Positions 10,552-22,700 of a DNA stretch of 64,000 bases are shown in pieces. The stretch lies in NCBI RefSeq assembly GCF_036321535.1, contig NC_087451.1, positions 18,538,001 through 18,602,000 of the forward strand, written 5' to 3'. The position numbers and the translations under genes were made by a program. Position 1 is the first letter of the stretch. Each line of letters opens with the position of its first letter. The notes below the pieces were generated by a model. It was not told where the DNA came from and ran no database searches. It saw only the letters and a list, made by a program, of their open reading frames with translations. Source of the stretch: Camelus dromedarius. Taxonomy: Eukaryota.

Positions 10552-11710
10552 CTAGTTTTCCAGCATCTGTTCACAGGTTCGGGCCACCTCACTAAGCTTG
10601 AGACGAGCATAGTCCACGCGCTTCAGGGCCATCTGACAGTCCTTCCTGGAAGAGTAGCTGGAACCCTCATGGGGCTGCCCTGTGGCAACCTACAGGACAT
10701 TTAGATTGATCAATGAAGAACCCCTTCCCTTTCCCATTTCCCCAACCAGGCATCAGGTCTCCTGTCTTGTTTCCCTTGAGTTTGAATTTCTTACACCACC
10801 TGGTAGCTGAATTACCTACTACGGCACTTAACTTCTGTTAACCTCATCTGTGAAGTTGGGGGTGGGGGCAGTAACTACTACCTAGAGTTGTTGTAAGATT
10901 GTATAACACAGGGTGTCTGGCGCATTGTATAAGTTTAGTAAATGGTGATTGCTGCTGTAATGACGTCAGGGCCCTTTCAATCCTGTTCTCAAGAGACAGT
11001 CATCTGGGGCGCCAGACCCTTGAGGTCAGCTCATGTTTCTAAGGGAAAGTCCTGTGGCTTTGGTATTGTCTACATGTTCTCTCCCAGGACTTCCCCATCC
11101 TGTGGCTCATGTGATGCGACTCAGTGACATACACAGGGACGCCTTTAATTCTTTCCTTTTAGGGGAAGAAACCAGCCCTGGAAGGGAGGGATCATCCAGC
11201 CCGCTGGTGAAAGCTCTGCCTAGGACTTCTGAAAGCTAAGGTTAAGGCAGAGTGCTGAGGTGGATGCGTAGCACGTCCCACCACACACACACCTGAGTGA
11301 GATAGCGGATCTGAGCCGACAGCTCCGCCTCCACGTGCTGCACCGACGCGGTGAAGGCCGCTGCCTGTCGGTCTAGGAGCCGCTCGTTGGTTTTTTCCTT
11401 GGACAGTTCCAAGATCACTGTACCTACCGGGGTGGAGAGAGGGCGGGGCTATCCGGTGACTGCCAGTGTAGCCCCGCCACAGGGCCAGCCCCTCCCAATC
11501 CTGCACACACTGCGTGCACTTAGGATCCCTCCCAACCCGGATCCCAGTCTCCGGTCGGCGCATGTGCACGCGGTCGGTCTTGCTCTCGCTCTCGCTCCCG
11601 CACCCTCTCCAGTAGTATCCTGAACCTGCATTCTGAAGAATGGCTCCGATTTCCCGCTCGATGTCTTCCAAGGCGCGTAGTCGCTCGTTCGCCAGGCTGT
11701 AGGTAGCCAT
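10552..11710 (-). CDS. MED11: Mediator complex subunit 11, 3 exons, 117 aa
   Basis: Exons 11710-11626, 11423-11293, 10689-10552 (TAG 10554-10552); 354 nt. Protein [117 protein letters not shown]. Confidence 0.98.
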
Positions 11711-11950
11711 TGTCACCCTGGCAATCCGCGGGATTTTCTCCTTTTGCGAAATGAGACGGGAAGGTGCCCGGAAGCGGCTGACGGTTTGCGCCCGCGCAGA
11801 AGGCGCCTATGGGCCAACACTACACTTCCCAGGATGCTCAGCGCGGCCTCGCCTAGCCCTGCTCTCCTGGTAAACTACAACTCCCAGAGTCTCCTGCGCG
11901 TGGCCAGGTCTGCGCCAAGCACCGCGTGACCACCTGGGGTAAGAGGCAGT
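11300..11950. promoter_or_regulatory. MED11 CpG-island promoter with two ZNF143 (SBS)-like motifs
   Basis: CpG-rich; ACTACACTTCCCAGGATGC at 11819-11837 and ACTACAACTCCCAGAGTC at 11874-11891 match ACTACAAYTCCCAG. Confidence 0.75.
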
Positions 11951-12019
11951 ACCGAAATACTCCCTAGGCTGAGGCCGTTCAGAGCTGTCTTCACGACCGT
12001 CTTGTAGTCTATATTTAAT

Positions 12020-12700
12020 TCGTTCTACGATAATTTATTGAGCGTCTGCTGGGTGCTAGTTGATGATGGCTGGAGCCCCGGGGTGTTTCAGCCTGGACAG
12101 CCATGGACAGCCATGGACCCTCTGTTTGCTTATCCCACTCCGCCACCTATCGGGGCCTGGGGAAAGCTTGATTTGATGAGTGTTAACACTGTTCGCCCTA
12201 GCGCTTCCCCTCGACAGGAACCCAGCTGAAACAGACGCTTAGAAGCCAGCTCCTTTCAGAGCTTATTGATTGCCTATTATGTGGATACAAAGGTGAAGGA
12301 GGTGCACTCTCACGTGACGATGGAATAGATGTTTTGTTAGAGATACACCCAGGGTGTATCTCTAGGAACACGGAGAAAGCATTGTGGGAGGAAATGCTGC
12401 TTGAACTGAATCTTAAGGGTTAACCAGGTGGATGAGAGGTTAGTGTGGAAACGGGAGAGACGCAGACAAGCTCGTGGTGCCGTGACGGGGGCTGGCATAT
12501 TGAAAGTCCAGCCAGGGGTTCGTTGGCTGGAGAGAGTGTGGAGTGTGGCGGTGGATAGTTGTGCGTGGCCAGACCAGGAAGAGGCTTGCAAGCTAAGGAA
12601 TTTGGACTTTATTTTGAAGGCATTTGGGAGCCTTTGTAGGATTTTCAAGAAGTGTGTTCTGACCAGCTTTACCTTTTAGGAAGGATCAATCTTGACAGTT
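12020..12700 (-). mobile_element. L2 LINE fragments
   Basis: aatttattgagcgtctgctgggtgctag and ttattgattgcctattatgtg (L2 3' ends), followed by purine-rich L2 body (gaactgaatcttaaggg..., ggactttattttgaagg). Confidence 0.6.
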
Positions 12701-14234
12701 TATGAAAGATTGAGAATGAAGCCAGTTTGCACAGCGTTAGCAAACGAGCAGACTTTCAGTTACACTTGAGGGATCTAGAGTTTAATTTCACCCCTTTCCC
12801 AAATCCTAATCAAATAACAAGGAGATTTTATAAAGGGGTCAAGGAGAAAGAGAGGAGTTAATAGCAAAACTCTAAATAGAAACTGGAAGACAGAAGGGTA
12901 CGTGGTAACTGATTTAGCAGTGAAGTGGTAACTAAGCCGGCAGTGAAGAAAGCTTAGAAGCAACTTGATTTACCCTGAAATCAGTGGCATCCCAGTACAA
13001 CTAGGCTGTAGGTGATATTAGAATTAGGAAGATTATTTGAAGCAGTTAGACACCACCCCCGTCCCCTCGGCAGTCGCCTCATTTACTCCATAGATCTTAG
13101 CAGATTCTCACCCCCAACTCATCAGATTACTGAGGTCATCGTTGTTGTTGTTGTTGGAGATGGAAAACAGAATCTTTGGCATGGAGGGCACCTGGGCGTG
13201 ATTGTACTGAGAACAGAGATTAAGTGAAAGTTGATTTTACTGAGTGGTGGTTTCTAGAACTCTGGCAGGCAGGTCAGAGACTGGAAGACTCTTATCTAGG
13301 AAATTTGACTCTTCAGAGAAAAGACCAGGGGTTCTTCAACAAAGCAGCTAGCCAGGTCACCCCATAGTGAAATACACAGTTGTTAAGTCCCAGCTGTGTC
13401 CGTAGATCTTCTAGTCAACTTCTTAGTACCTCATCCTTAAATATGAGCAGACAGAAGAGAAAGGATTTCTAGATATTTGAAGAAATTTTCTAAGATGAAA
13501 GGCAGAGAGCAAAATAAACAGGGAAAGAAAAAATCCACACACACACCCCTTAGATAATGTAGAGTAAAACTTAAGGGGAAAAAAAAAGAACCTATTGATG
13601 CTCTTGGGTAAGAGATGCCAAAATAAAGGACTGAACTCAAGGAAACACACTTGAGAAATAAAACCATGAGGGTAGGAATGAGAACTAGGCAAAAGGGTGG
13701 GAAAAGAAATCGAGGCACTCTCCCAGCAAGTAAAGCAAAAGAAAAAAGATGGCGTAGAAGAAGGAAAAGGTAAGAAAATTAGAGAATCAGCCCAGGGGGG
13801 TTAAATTCTGTAAGAAGAGAACAGAGAAAACAAAGGGGAAGGAAGGACTTGCACTTCCAGAAGAAAAGAGCTCATTCAGTGTCCCGCATCAAGGCACGTC
13901 ATGAACTGTCAGAACACTAGGCTCAAAGAAAAAGGTCTTGCAGAAGCTTCCAGAGAGAAAACAGACCACATGCTATGGATCAGCAATCAGAAGGGCGCTG
14001 GGCCTCTGAACAGGAACACTCCACAGAGAAGACGGTGGAGCAGGGCCTGCAACATTTTAGGGGAAAGTGATCTCCAATCTGGAATTCTCAACTCCGGCTG
14101 TGCTAGGGTGAAGGTTGAAAATGCTGTGACTCAACAAAATAGAACTTTTTTTTTTTTCCTCAGAAAACAGTTCCATGTGCTCCACAAATCACACAGAGAC
14201 CAAGGCCAGCAGTGCGGCTCTGCCATCCTTTAGG

Positions 14235-15000
14235 GTCTGATGCTCAGAAGTACAGTCTGCAGGCCAGCAGCATTGGCATCACCTAGATGCTTATTAGAAA
14301 TGCAGAACCTCATACCTGCACCCCAGTGTTCANNNNNNNNNNNNNNNNNNNNNNNNNNNNNNNNNNNNNNNNNNNNNNNNNNNNNNNNNNNNNNNNNNNN
14401 NNNNNNNNNNNNNNNNNNNNNNNNNNNNNNNNNNNNNNNNNNNNNNNNNNNNNNNNNNNNNNNNNNNNNNNNNNNNNNNNNNNNNNNNNNNNNNNNNNNN
14501 NNNNNNNNNNNNNNNNNNNNNNNNNNNNNNNNNNNNNNNNNNNNNNNNNNNNNNNNNNNNNNNNNNNNNNNNNNNNNNNNNNNNNNCACTAACGAACTTA
14601 CCTACAAAATAGAAACAGACTCACAGTAAATAAACTTATGGTTACGGGGTGAGGGAAAGGAGGCAGAAAGGGGTAAATTGGAAGTTCGAGGTTTGCAAAT
14701 ATTAACTACTATATATAAAATAGGTGAACAACAAGTTTCTTCTGTATAGTGTGAGGAACTATATTCAATATCTTGTAATAACCTATAATGAAAAAGAATA
14801 TGAAAAGGAATATATGTGTGTGTATGTGTATGACTGAAACATTATGCTGTGCACCAAAATGGATACACTGTAGAGTGACTGTGCTTCAATTAAAAAAAAA
14901 AAAAAAGAAATGCAGAATCTCAGGCCCCACCACAGACCTACTTTACTGTGTTTAAAGATCTCCGGTGATCTGCATGCCCAGTAAACTTTGAGAAACACTG
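14235..15000 (+). mobile_element. MER5A (hAT-Charlie) DNA transposon split by an L1 insertion
   Basis: 5' half ccagcagcattggcatcacctagatgcttattagaaatgcag; 3' half aggccccaccacagaccta...tttgagaaacactg. Both match MER5A. Confidence 0.75.
14313..14905 (+). mobile_element. 5'-truncated L1 with poly(A) tail and 17-bp TSD
   Basis: Begins tacctgcaccccagtgttca (L1 ORF2 3' region) and ends in an A-run. TSD AGAAATGCAGAAcCTCA at 14296-14312 and AGAAATGCAGAAtCTCA at 14906-14922. N-run 14333-14586 lies inside. Confidence 0.85.
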
Positions 15001-16929
15001 CTTGGGGGCATTGCTGTCTGCAGTGTCAGAACTGGGTTGCTGCCCTCCCTGGGTTGCAGCTGGCAGGAAGGCAGAATGTAGACAGGAGGCACCCCAGTCT
15101 CAGAGGTCTGGCCAGGGAGTGGCCCATGTAATTTCTACTCACGTGCTTTTGAAGAGAACTCAGTCACGTGGTCTTCCCCAGCTCTTGGGTTCTGGGAAGT
15201 CCAGTCCTGACCCAGGCGGCCCGTTCTTGTTTCAGCACTGTAGCAGAAGGGATTTTAGAGGATATCTGGACTCTCACAACAACCAACTATTAATAACAAA
15301 GAAAGAATGAGGGCATCTTGATATGTACAAGGTCTCAAATTTCTCTTCCCAGTACCTTTCTTAGGAGGTTATTAGAGTTGGACCCAAGTTAGAAGGCTCC
15401 TGGAGAGATTTCTTCAAGGAGGTGGAAGGGATAACATCTGTTTTCTTCTGAATGAAGCAAGAGGATGTATAGACTTTTGGAGGGGAGTATAGGGCGGAAT
15501 TAGTGATAAATTTGGAGAATAAGCAAAATTTTAAAATGACAGTTGTTCAGGGAAAACAGTTGTGCAGGAAGAGAAAGATAATCGTAATATACCACGTGAC
15601 GCAGCCATGGATAACGTTTGCGATAAGTGCTGAGCGCTGACTTAACCTTGATTGATGGAATTCTCTTGGGAGCGTGGGACGTGGGGACAGGATGGAGAAT
15701 GTCCCACAGTAGGGGTTGGGGGGCGAAAGGGAGCTCAGGCTTCACCTTCCATGGCGGGAAGATGATGCTTTAAACAAAGATCAAGAAGTAGCAGAAATAA
15801 GCTTGTTAGAGACATGGAGGTAAATACCCAAAGAAACATCCGGAGGAGGTGAAGCAGTTGCCTTAAGGAGAAGGAAATTGGAGAGGAAAGGGGTTTACTT
15901 TTTATTGTAATAGGCCATGTAGTCCTGCCTGACTCCTTAAAAAATGTGCATCTATAACTTTGAAAATAAAAACACAGAAAGTGGGAGAAGAAATGGAGGC
16001 ATACTTTACTGTGAAAGAGCCCTGAGTGTGGAGGAGTGTTTTCTCTTTTGCTTCTTTCCTTTATCTGTTCTTCCCTCCCTCCCTCTCTCTCTTCTTCCTT
16101 TAATGGAAGAGACTTGTGTGGGTTTATTTACCATGGAGGAAGAACCAGCAGAGCGAGGCAGAGTTTGAAGACTCGGGGGTGGTTCGATGAATGAAGGTCT
16201 CAGAGAGGGTGGGAGGGGAGCGATCTGAGCACAGGTGTAGGGATTAGCTTGGAACCAGAGGAGGCATCCTAGCCTGGGCCGTGTAGGAGAAACGGTGTCG
16301 ATGTCAGTGCTTGTCGGTAGGAGGTGGGAATTGAAATCATTCATCCCTCGCAGCCTCATCTCTGGAAAATGGGAGAAGCATCCTGAACATGAGGAAGGTT
16401 TGGAAAATTAGTGAGTAGGATGGGACCAGGAGAAGGAAGCGACCAGGCACTTGGAGAGGGACCAGAGTTTATGGGGTATCGAGGGCCCAGCTGAGATGAG
16501 GTTAAAGACCATAGGTTTGTAGTGGCCCAGATCCATCCCCAGCGCCTAGCACTGTGTGGGCACCTAGGATGTGTTTAAAAAAAAAAAAAAACTTGTTAAA
16601 TGAACGAGTGAAGATGGTTATGTGACTTTCCTCTGGCAGTCCTCAGCAGCCCTGTGGGGAAGCTGAGAAGGGCGGGGTGGCGGTTGGACAGAGCCAAGGG
16701 TGGGGTTTGAGAGCCAGTATTGTGATAGGAGGGCTGGTTGAGGGTGCCGAGGAGATACGGGTTGGATATAATGATCCTGAAGTTTAGTCTGGAAAGAGAA
16801 TGCAGTGTCAAATTGTGAGAAAACACAAGGGCTAAGAGCTTTGTGACAAAAAACCAAGAAGCTATTCAAAAAAAGTGATTATAATTGACTACGGATTAAA
16901 AATTTTAATTTAAAGATTATGAATTATTA

Positions 16930-17790
16930 GAAATACCAGAAGCAAAATACTTTGAAACCAGAAGTGATGGTGGCACAGCATTGTGCAGGGACTAGATGTC
17001 ACCAGATTGTACACTTTAAAATGGTTAACTTTGTGTTATGTGAATTTTAAGGGGAAAAAAAAAGCTAGGAACAAATCTAGAAGACAAACTGGGAAAAATA
17101 TTTTCAAAACATATGACAAAGGGCTAATTCCTTTACTATATAAAGAGTTCTTACAGTCCATTAAGAAAAACATCAAACCCAATAAATTGGCTTCATCCTC
17201 ACTCATAGTCAAAGAGAAGCAAATTAAAACGTGCGTGATTAAGTCACCTGCGTGATTGGCAGTGATGAAAAAGACACTCACCCTTTATGAGCCGCCGATT
17301 CTGCTTTTAAGAATTTGTCCTTATGCACTTTGCATGTGCAAAAAAGACATATCCTCAAGGATAATTATTGTAATACTGTCTGAATTAGCGAGAGTGGACA
17401 TCCTTTATGTCCATCGATAGAAAATTGGAAAAAATAAAGGACATCTAGGCAACGGAAAGCTGTCTAGCTCTTTAAAAGAATGAGGTAGATCTGTCTGTAT
17501 TGATAAAGGAGTGTTCTCCCAGCTGCGTTAAGGGGAAAAAGCAAGGTGTAGAAGAGTGTTCATAGGATGCTACCATCTGTATTTAAAATAAGCGGGAAGT
17601 GTGTTCCTGTGTGTGTGACTGACTGAAGAATGTCTTTGGAGGAAGAGTCAAGCACCTGGTGATAGTGATCGCCTTTAGGAATGAGAAATGGGAGCCTGGA
17701 GATCAGGGACAGGAAGGAGCCTTCTGTTCACTCTGTACTGTTTGGATTTTTTTTGAACCATGTGTGTGTTTTACTTTCTTAAAAACATGA
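16930..17790 (+). mobile_element. Old L1 (L1MB/L1ME-type) 3' fragments
   Basis: tgtacactttaaaatggttaactttgtgttatgtgaattt; degenerate ORF2 3' end; L1ME4-like tail ending ccatgtgtgtgttttactttc. Confidence 0.6.
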
Positions 17791-19260
17791 AAAGCTGAAA
17801 GAAACAAGGCATTGTTTCTCAAAACGTATGCTAACTCAAAAATATGGATTCGTGGATTTTTCCCGGGACGGGCTGAATGGGAATCGGGGACGTAGAGCCT
17901 GGGACTCTGTCTTTATTGTGTGTCCCAGAGGATTCTAATTCATCTGAAAAAGTTGGAGATCCGCAGGCCAAGAGCTCAGAGGTCAAGGAGCAGGCTCATG
18001 GGAGTCAGAGGGAGTCCTCCTCCCCTGAGGAGGACCAGGGTCTGCAGGGTGGGCGGCTGCCCTGGGGAAGTAAGCAAGGTCATTGGCGTTTTGGCAGCAC
18101 TGCAAGCCTGTTGGTAAATAATGATGTAACTAGATGTCTTGAGCCCTGTCGTGGATTAAAGGCCTGTGTGAGCTGCCCCATTTCCCTCACCAGCCCCATC
18201 TGGAAGTACTTTGTCCCGGGCTGTCTCTGTCCCAGTCCCTCTGAAATACGCTCTGTTCCTTCCTGCCGTCACACGTGGTGTTACTGCTGCCGAGACCCTG
18301 GAATTCCTCCTCGTCTTCCAGTTCTCTCTCTGCTCAAAGGTCCCTGCCTCCAGGAAATCTCCCTCCAGCCACGGCCTAGGTCAGGACTCGCTAGCTCCTG
18401 CAGTTCTCCTTTGGGGCACAGGTTTTGTAATGTTTTCATGTTCGTTTTGATCACTGCCATCCCGCCAGGATGCCTGGCACATAATAGGGATCTAAGCCAA
18501 GATAGCTCATGGCATGAATGAATGAGCCTTAAGAGAAAAAGGAGAAAGGTTGGGCTGCAGAAGCGGGAGTGGGTGGTGGAGGTGAGGAACGTCAGGGGAG
18601 TATTGCTGACTCCCTCCAGCCCAGCCTGGGACTTCAGCCAAGCCTCTGGGAGTCCCTGATGAACGTCAGAGGAGCAGCAGCAGGATGTAGCTTCTTGGAC
18701 TTGTCCACAGCAGTGTGACTCCCTTTGGCTGCCCAGAGCCTTGGCTTCTGTGCTAAAAATGTAAGTATGAGGCTCCCCTGAGATGTCTGTCATGTGGCTT
18801 CTGCCTGCTGCTGTGGTCCCACTGAGCCCCAGGAAGGGACAGCTCGAGCAACCCTGAGGAGCAGTGGGGACGGACACACTAGGTCACAGCAGGTCACCGT
18901 GCAGCCATGCGTGGCAGCCCCGACAGGGGCGGGCCTGCCTGCCCAGCTCCCAAGAGCATCTAGTCTGCAGGGGAGTGAGTTACTATTCCCTCTGTAAATG
19001 AACACGTTTACTCTGTGGCTTTACCCAGCTGTACCTTTGAGTTTGGACTGATCAAATCAAGTTTCCGTGTTTACCTTGGAACACAGGTTCAGCTAAGCCA
19101 TTCAGTAAATGTTTATTGACAGACAGCATGTGGGCCAGGTGCCCTGCAGGTGTAGAGAAGAGACTGGCCCTCACCCACAGCTGCCAGAGTCCTGAAGGAA
19201 CACACGATGTACTCCCTAAACGCTATGCAGAAAACACACGTGCTCATGCCTATTAAAAGG

Positions 19261-19266
19261 TTTATT
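19261..19266 (-). terminator. Polyadenylation signal (AATAAA) of ARRB2
   Basis: The + strand reads TTTATT at 19261-19266, about 440 nt past the stop codon. Confidence 0.7.
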
Positions 19267-19704
19267 TTCTTCTTTATGCTCAGAAACAAAGAAGTGGCCT
19301 TGCCCCCCAAAGGGTCTCATCTTGAAGGAATGGAAGGCAGAGGCAGTGACAGGAAGGGGGTGTTGGTATGAGGTTGACTGTAGGAATGCTTTCTCCCCCT
19401 TCCCTCCTAGCCCTCCTCTAAGGCGTCCCCATCCAAAAAATTTCAGTATGAACACAGCTTGCCACCCGCTGGGGGGTCGGGGAAGCACAGCTGTAGTCAA
19501 AAAATTAATGCCCACGTTCCACAAGAGATGGGTCCAGTGCGTATCTGGTCGGGGGTGGGGGCAGGAGGCAGGGGAGGGGCCGGTTGAGGAAGGTGCTGGC
19601 TGGGCGGGGCGGGAAGAGAGGCTGGGATTCCCCCTGTGGCAGTGGGGATAACGGTCCTGCCCGTACCTCTCCCAGCACCACCACTCCCTTCATCCAGCCC
19701 CTTC

Positions 19705-22700
19705 TTAGCAGAACTGGTCGTCGTAGTCCTCATCCTTCATCCCCTTCAGCCGAAGCCGGGCGAAGTCCTCAAACACGATGTCGTCGTCTGTGGCGTAGCT
19801 GGGTGGTGGGGAAGAGGGGGTGAGGGGGGCTCCAGACCCTCTTCACTGTCTCCCACGGCCCTCCCAGAGACGGGGCTGTTGAAGCAGCAGCAGGACTGGA
19901 GGTATTTGCAAGAAGGGACCAAGGGTGGGAGGCGGGGTATAATAGGCAGCTCAGCTCACAGGGCTAAGTCATCTCTTCAACCATCCCTCCCTCAAAGAGA
20001 GAAAAATAAGAGGTAGTGGGGTAGACCTGAATGTTACAAGAATCTTTGTCCAGAGAGTCAAAGCAGGAAGGCAGGGGACAAGCCTCTTACTTGGTATCAA
20101 ATTCAATGAGGTTGGTGTCCACAGGGGCATCTGTTTCAGGAGCAGCTGAGGGGAGGAGAGCGGGTGAGTGGGTGGGCGCTGAAAGGACCAGCTTTTTTCT
20201 CCACTGGCCCTCCTGTAGGCCCTTCCTTTGGGGGCTTGGGCGGGTGGCCAGCTCACCTGACTGGGGCCTGGGGAGGGTGATGTGGTCATGGGGCTTGGGG
20301 TGCATAAGGACAAAAGGCAGCTCCACGGAGACATCCCTGGGGAGGGAGAGACAATACGAAGAGACAATGAAAAGCCAGAGGAAACCATCGGGCCCCCCAC
20401 CCTTGGCGCCCTCTCCCCACAGCCACTCACCCGCCTCGAGACACCACCAGCTTCACCTTGACCCTGTAGGACACCAGGATTCCCAGCACCTCCTTGTTCG
20501 CACCTTCTTTCACACTGCAGGTAGGGGGCGGAGTCGGACCAGAGCCCTTTGCCCTGCACCCCAGCCTACCCTGGGGGCTCACATCAGGATTTGGAGCAGG
20601 ACTCTAAAGTTGCTATCATGTAAAGTACCCCAGTGCGTCCTAAAAGCCCTAGTTCTTCTGACCCCACAGCCCTGAACTGTCTTGCTCTCCATTCGTCCAT
20701 CCTCTGACCTCACTTCCTACCCCTCTCCAGGCTCGCCATGTGTGGTTGTGCATGCAACGCCAGCGGGGGTGGAACCCAGCCCTCCCAGGGGTTCGTGCAG
20801 GCCAGCAGGGGCTCGGTGGCCCCTGACGGGGACCAAGACACGGGGGCCGGCCTGCCTCTGTGTCTTCGTGCTGCTAGTGCCCTCTGCCAGGGGCCCTCCC
20901 ACCCTGCGTAGCCACGTCGCCTGCTTCCTTTGGGTCCTTACTCAGAATTCACCTCTGGCCACCTTCTTTAAAGTTAACACCCCCCCACCCCCACCCCATC
21001 TCCCTTCTCTGCCTTTTCTCATCAACACTGGTCACCACACAAGCTCTGTATTTTGCCATTTCTGATTCTTCTGGCCTCCCTCTCCAAGAATGTATGGGAT
21101 CCTGGGGGTCTGTTCTGTTTACCGAGAGCGCACCGGTCCCTGGGACTGAGCCTGGCACGTTGCTGGCCCAGAATGAGTGTCTGTCTCCTGCGCTGCAGGC
21201 CCCCCACCCTGACCCCCCTCACATGGTGCTGGAAGCCAGGTTGGTGTCCTCGTGCTTGAGCTTCCCATCCAGGGCGAGGCCTCGCTTCTCCCGGTTGTCG
21301 CTGAGCAGGGGGGTGATGGTGTACACCTTACAGAACGTGGAGCTGGGTGACACCTGGTCACTGGGAAGTGGGGACAAGAGAACGAGACCCTTGGAGGGGC
21401 CAGGCGGGGTGAGGGGGCAGCTCCCCCATCATGAACCCCTTCTCTCTTTGGGCTTGGGGCCCAGGGGGTAGGTTTTGGCTTGACCGACTCAAGAAAATGA
21501 GCAGCTCAGACTGGAGGGAATGCCCTTGTAAGTGGAGACAGTTCGGGAAGGATTCTGCCCCGCCTCACATCCCCGCACCCCAGGCCTACCCTTCTCCCTG
21601 GAGATGGGGACCCAGGGCTGTTATGGTACTCACTCTTGTTCGATCTGAGCCACAGGACACTTGTACTGGGCCGTGCTGAAGAGGCAGATGTCAGCATACT
21701 GTCTCACTGCGGGGCGGGGTGAGGCTGAGCAGCTCTGACACCCACCCCACCCAACTCCAAACCGCCAGGCAGGGCCCCAGGCTCCAGCCCATCACTGCCT
21801 CTACTCCTCTGATGACACCTGCCCGCCCCTTAGCAGTAACCCCCCCCCCCCATCTCGTCCTGAATTCTCTGAGCCCTGTGGGTCTCCTGCCTTGGAGTAT
21901 GTCCTTGGGCTGAGGGGATGCCTGAAGCCACGTTGGCAGCAACTCCCTCCCCTAAGAGCCCTTTCCAACCCCCACCTCCTACCAGAGACTTTGATCTTCT
22001 TGACGGTCTTGGTGGAGTTGTTGGTGACGTGGACGTTGACATTGAGGGGCTCCCCATGGTAATATAGCTTTTGAAGGGAGGGAGGTCCAGTTAATTGGGT
22101 CTGTTTCCACTGACACCATTATGAGCATGCTCCCCCCCATCACTGGGCTTCCCCCCTCTAACCCCGAGCCCACACCCAGCTAAAGTGGCCTCCATTAAGA
22201 AAACCGCCACCCTGATGTGTGGCTTCCCCCTCCTGCCATGGTCTGGCCTGCACTGCAGCACCTGCGTCACCTCCCCACCTCCTTGTCCAGGGACGCCTCA
22301 AGGTGCAGGGACCGGTCAGACATGAGGAAGTGGCGTGTGGTTTCAGCTGAAGGCTGGGGGCCGGGCTTCTCGGGGGCAAACTGCACCTTTCGGATCACCA
22401 GCCGCACAGAGTTCCTGGGGGCGGGGATGAGGGGTGGGAGGGGTTGGTCCTCAGACACCCAGACATCCTGGTAGCTGGGAGGGAATGGTCAAGCCCAGTG
22501 GGAGGTTGGTTCCTTCACCTTTTGTGGCTTTTCTCTTCGAGGGATTTGGCACAGAAGGCTCGAATCTCGAAGTCTACCCCGCAGGCCTTGGGAGGGGGAG
22601 GAAAGGTCACATCTTACACAAGGCGCCCCCCCACCCCCGCGGCTCCCTTCCTGCCTGCTGCCCTCATCTAGGGCAGGGACTCTTGCCCCATCCTGGGCTG

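Larger units (their letters stand above)
13400..15970 (+). mobile_element. Old HAL1/L1ME-like element with degenerate ORF1, interrupted by younger insertions
   Basis: 13901-14110 translates to ...KEKGLAEASREK...RRRWSRACNILGESDLQSGIL, which resembles the L1 ORF1 C-terminus (KEKILKASREK...RRQWS.IFK.L.E..F.PRIL). The segment 15830-15970 resembles a HAL1/L1ME 3' end. Boundaries are approximate. Confidence 0.5.

Noticed and set aside
10961-10968. Palindromic CRE (TGACGTCA) in MED11 intron 2
   Set aside because: Isolated 8-mer beside a MIR and outside any CpG island; compatible with chance.
17877-18877. Overlapping 214-aa (+) and 198-aa (-) ORFs downstream of ARRB2
   Set aside because: Non-ATG or weak starts, no recognisable domain, and both run through an L2 3' end at about 18430-18530.
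20031-20675. 214-aa + strand ORF
   Set aside because: It runs antisense across ARRB2 exons 12-14 and their introns, with no homology or splice support.
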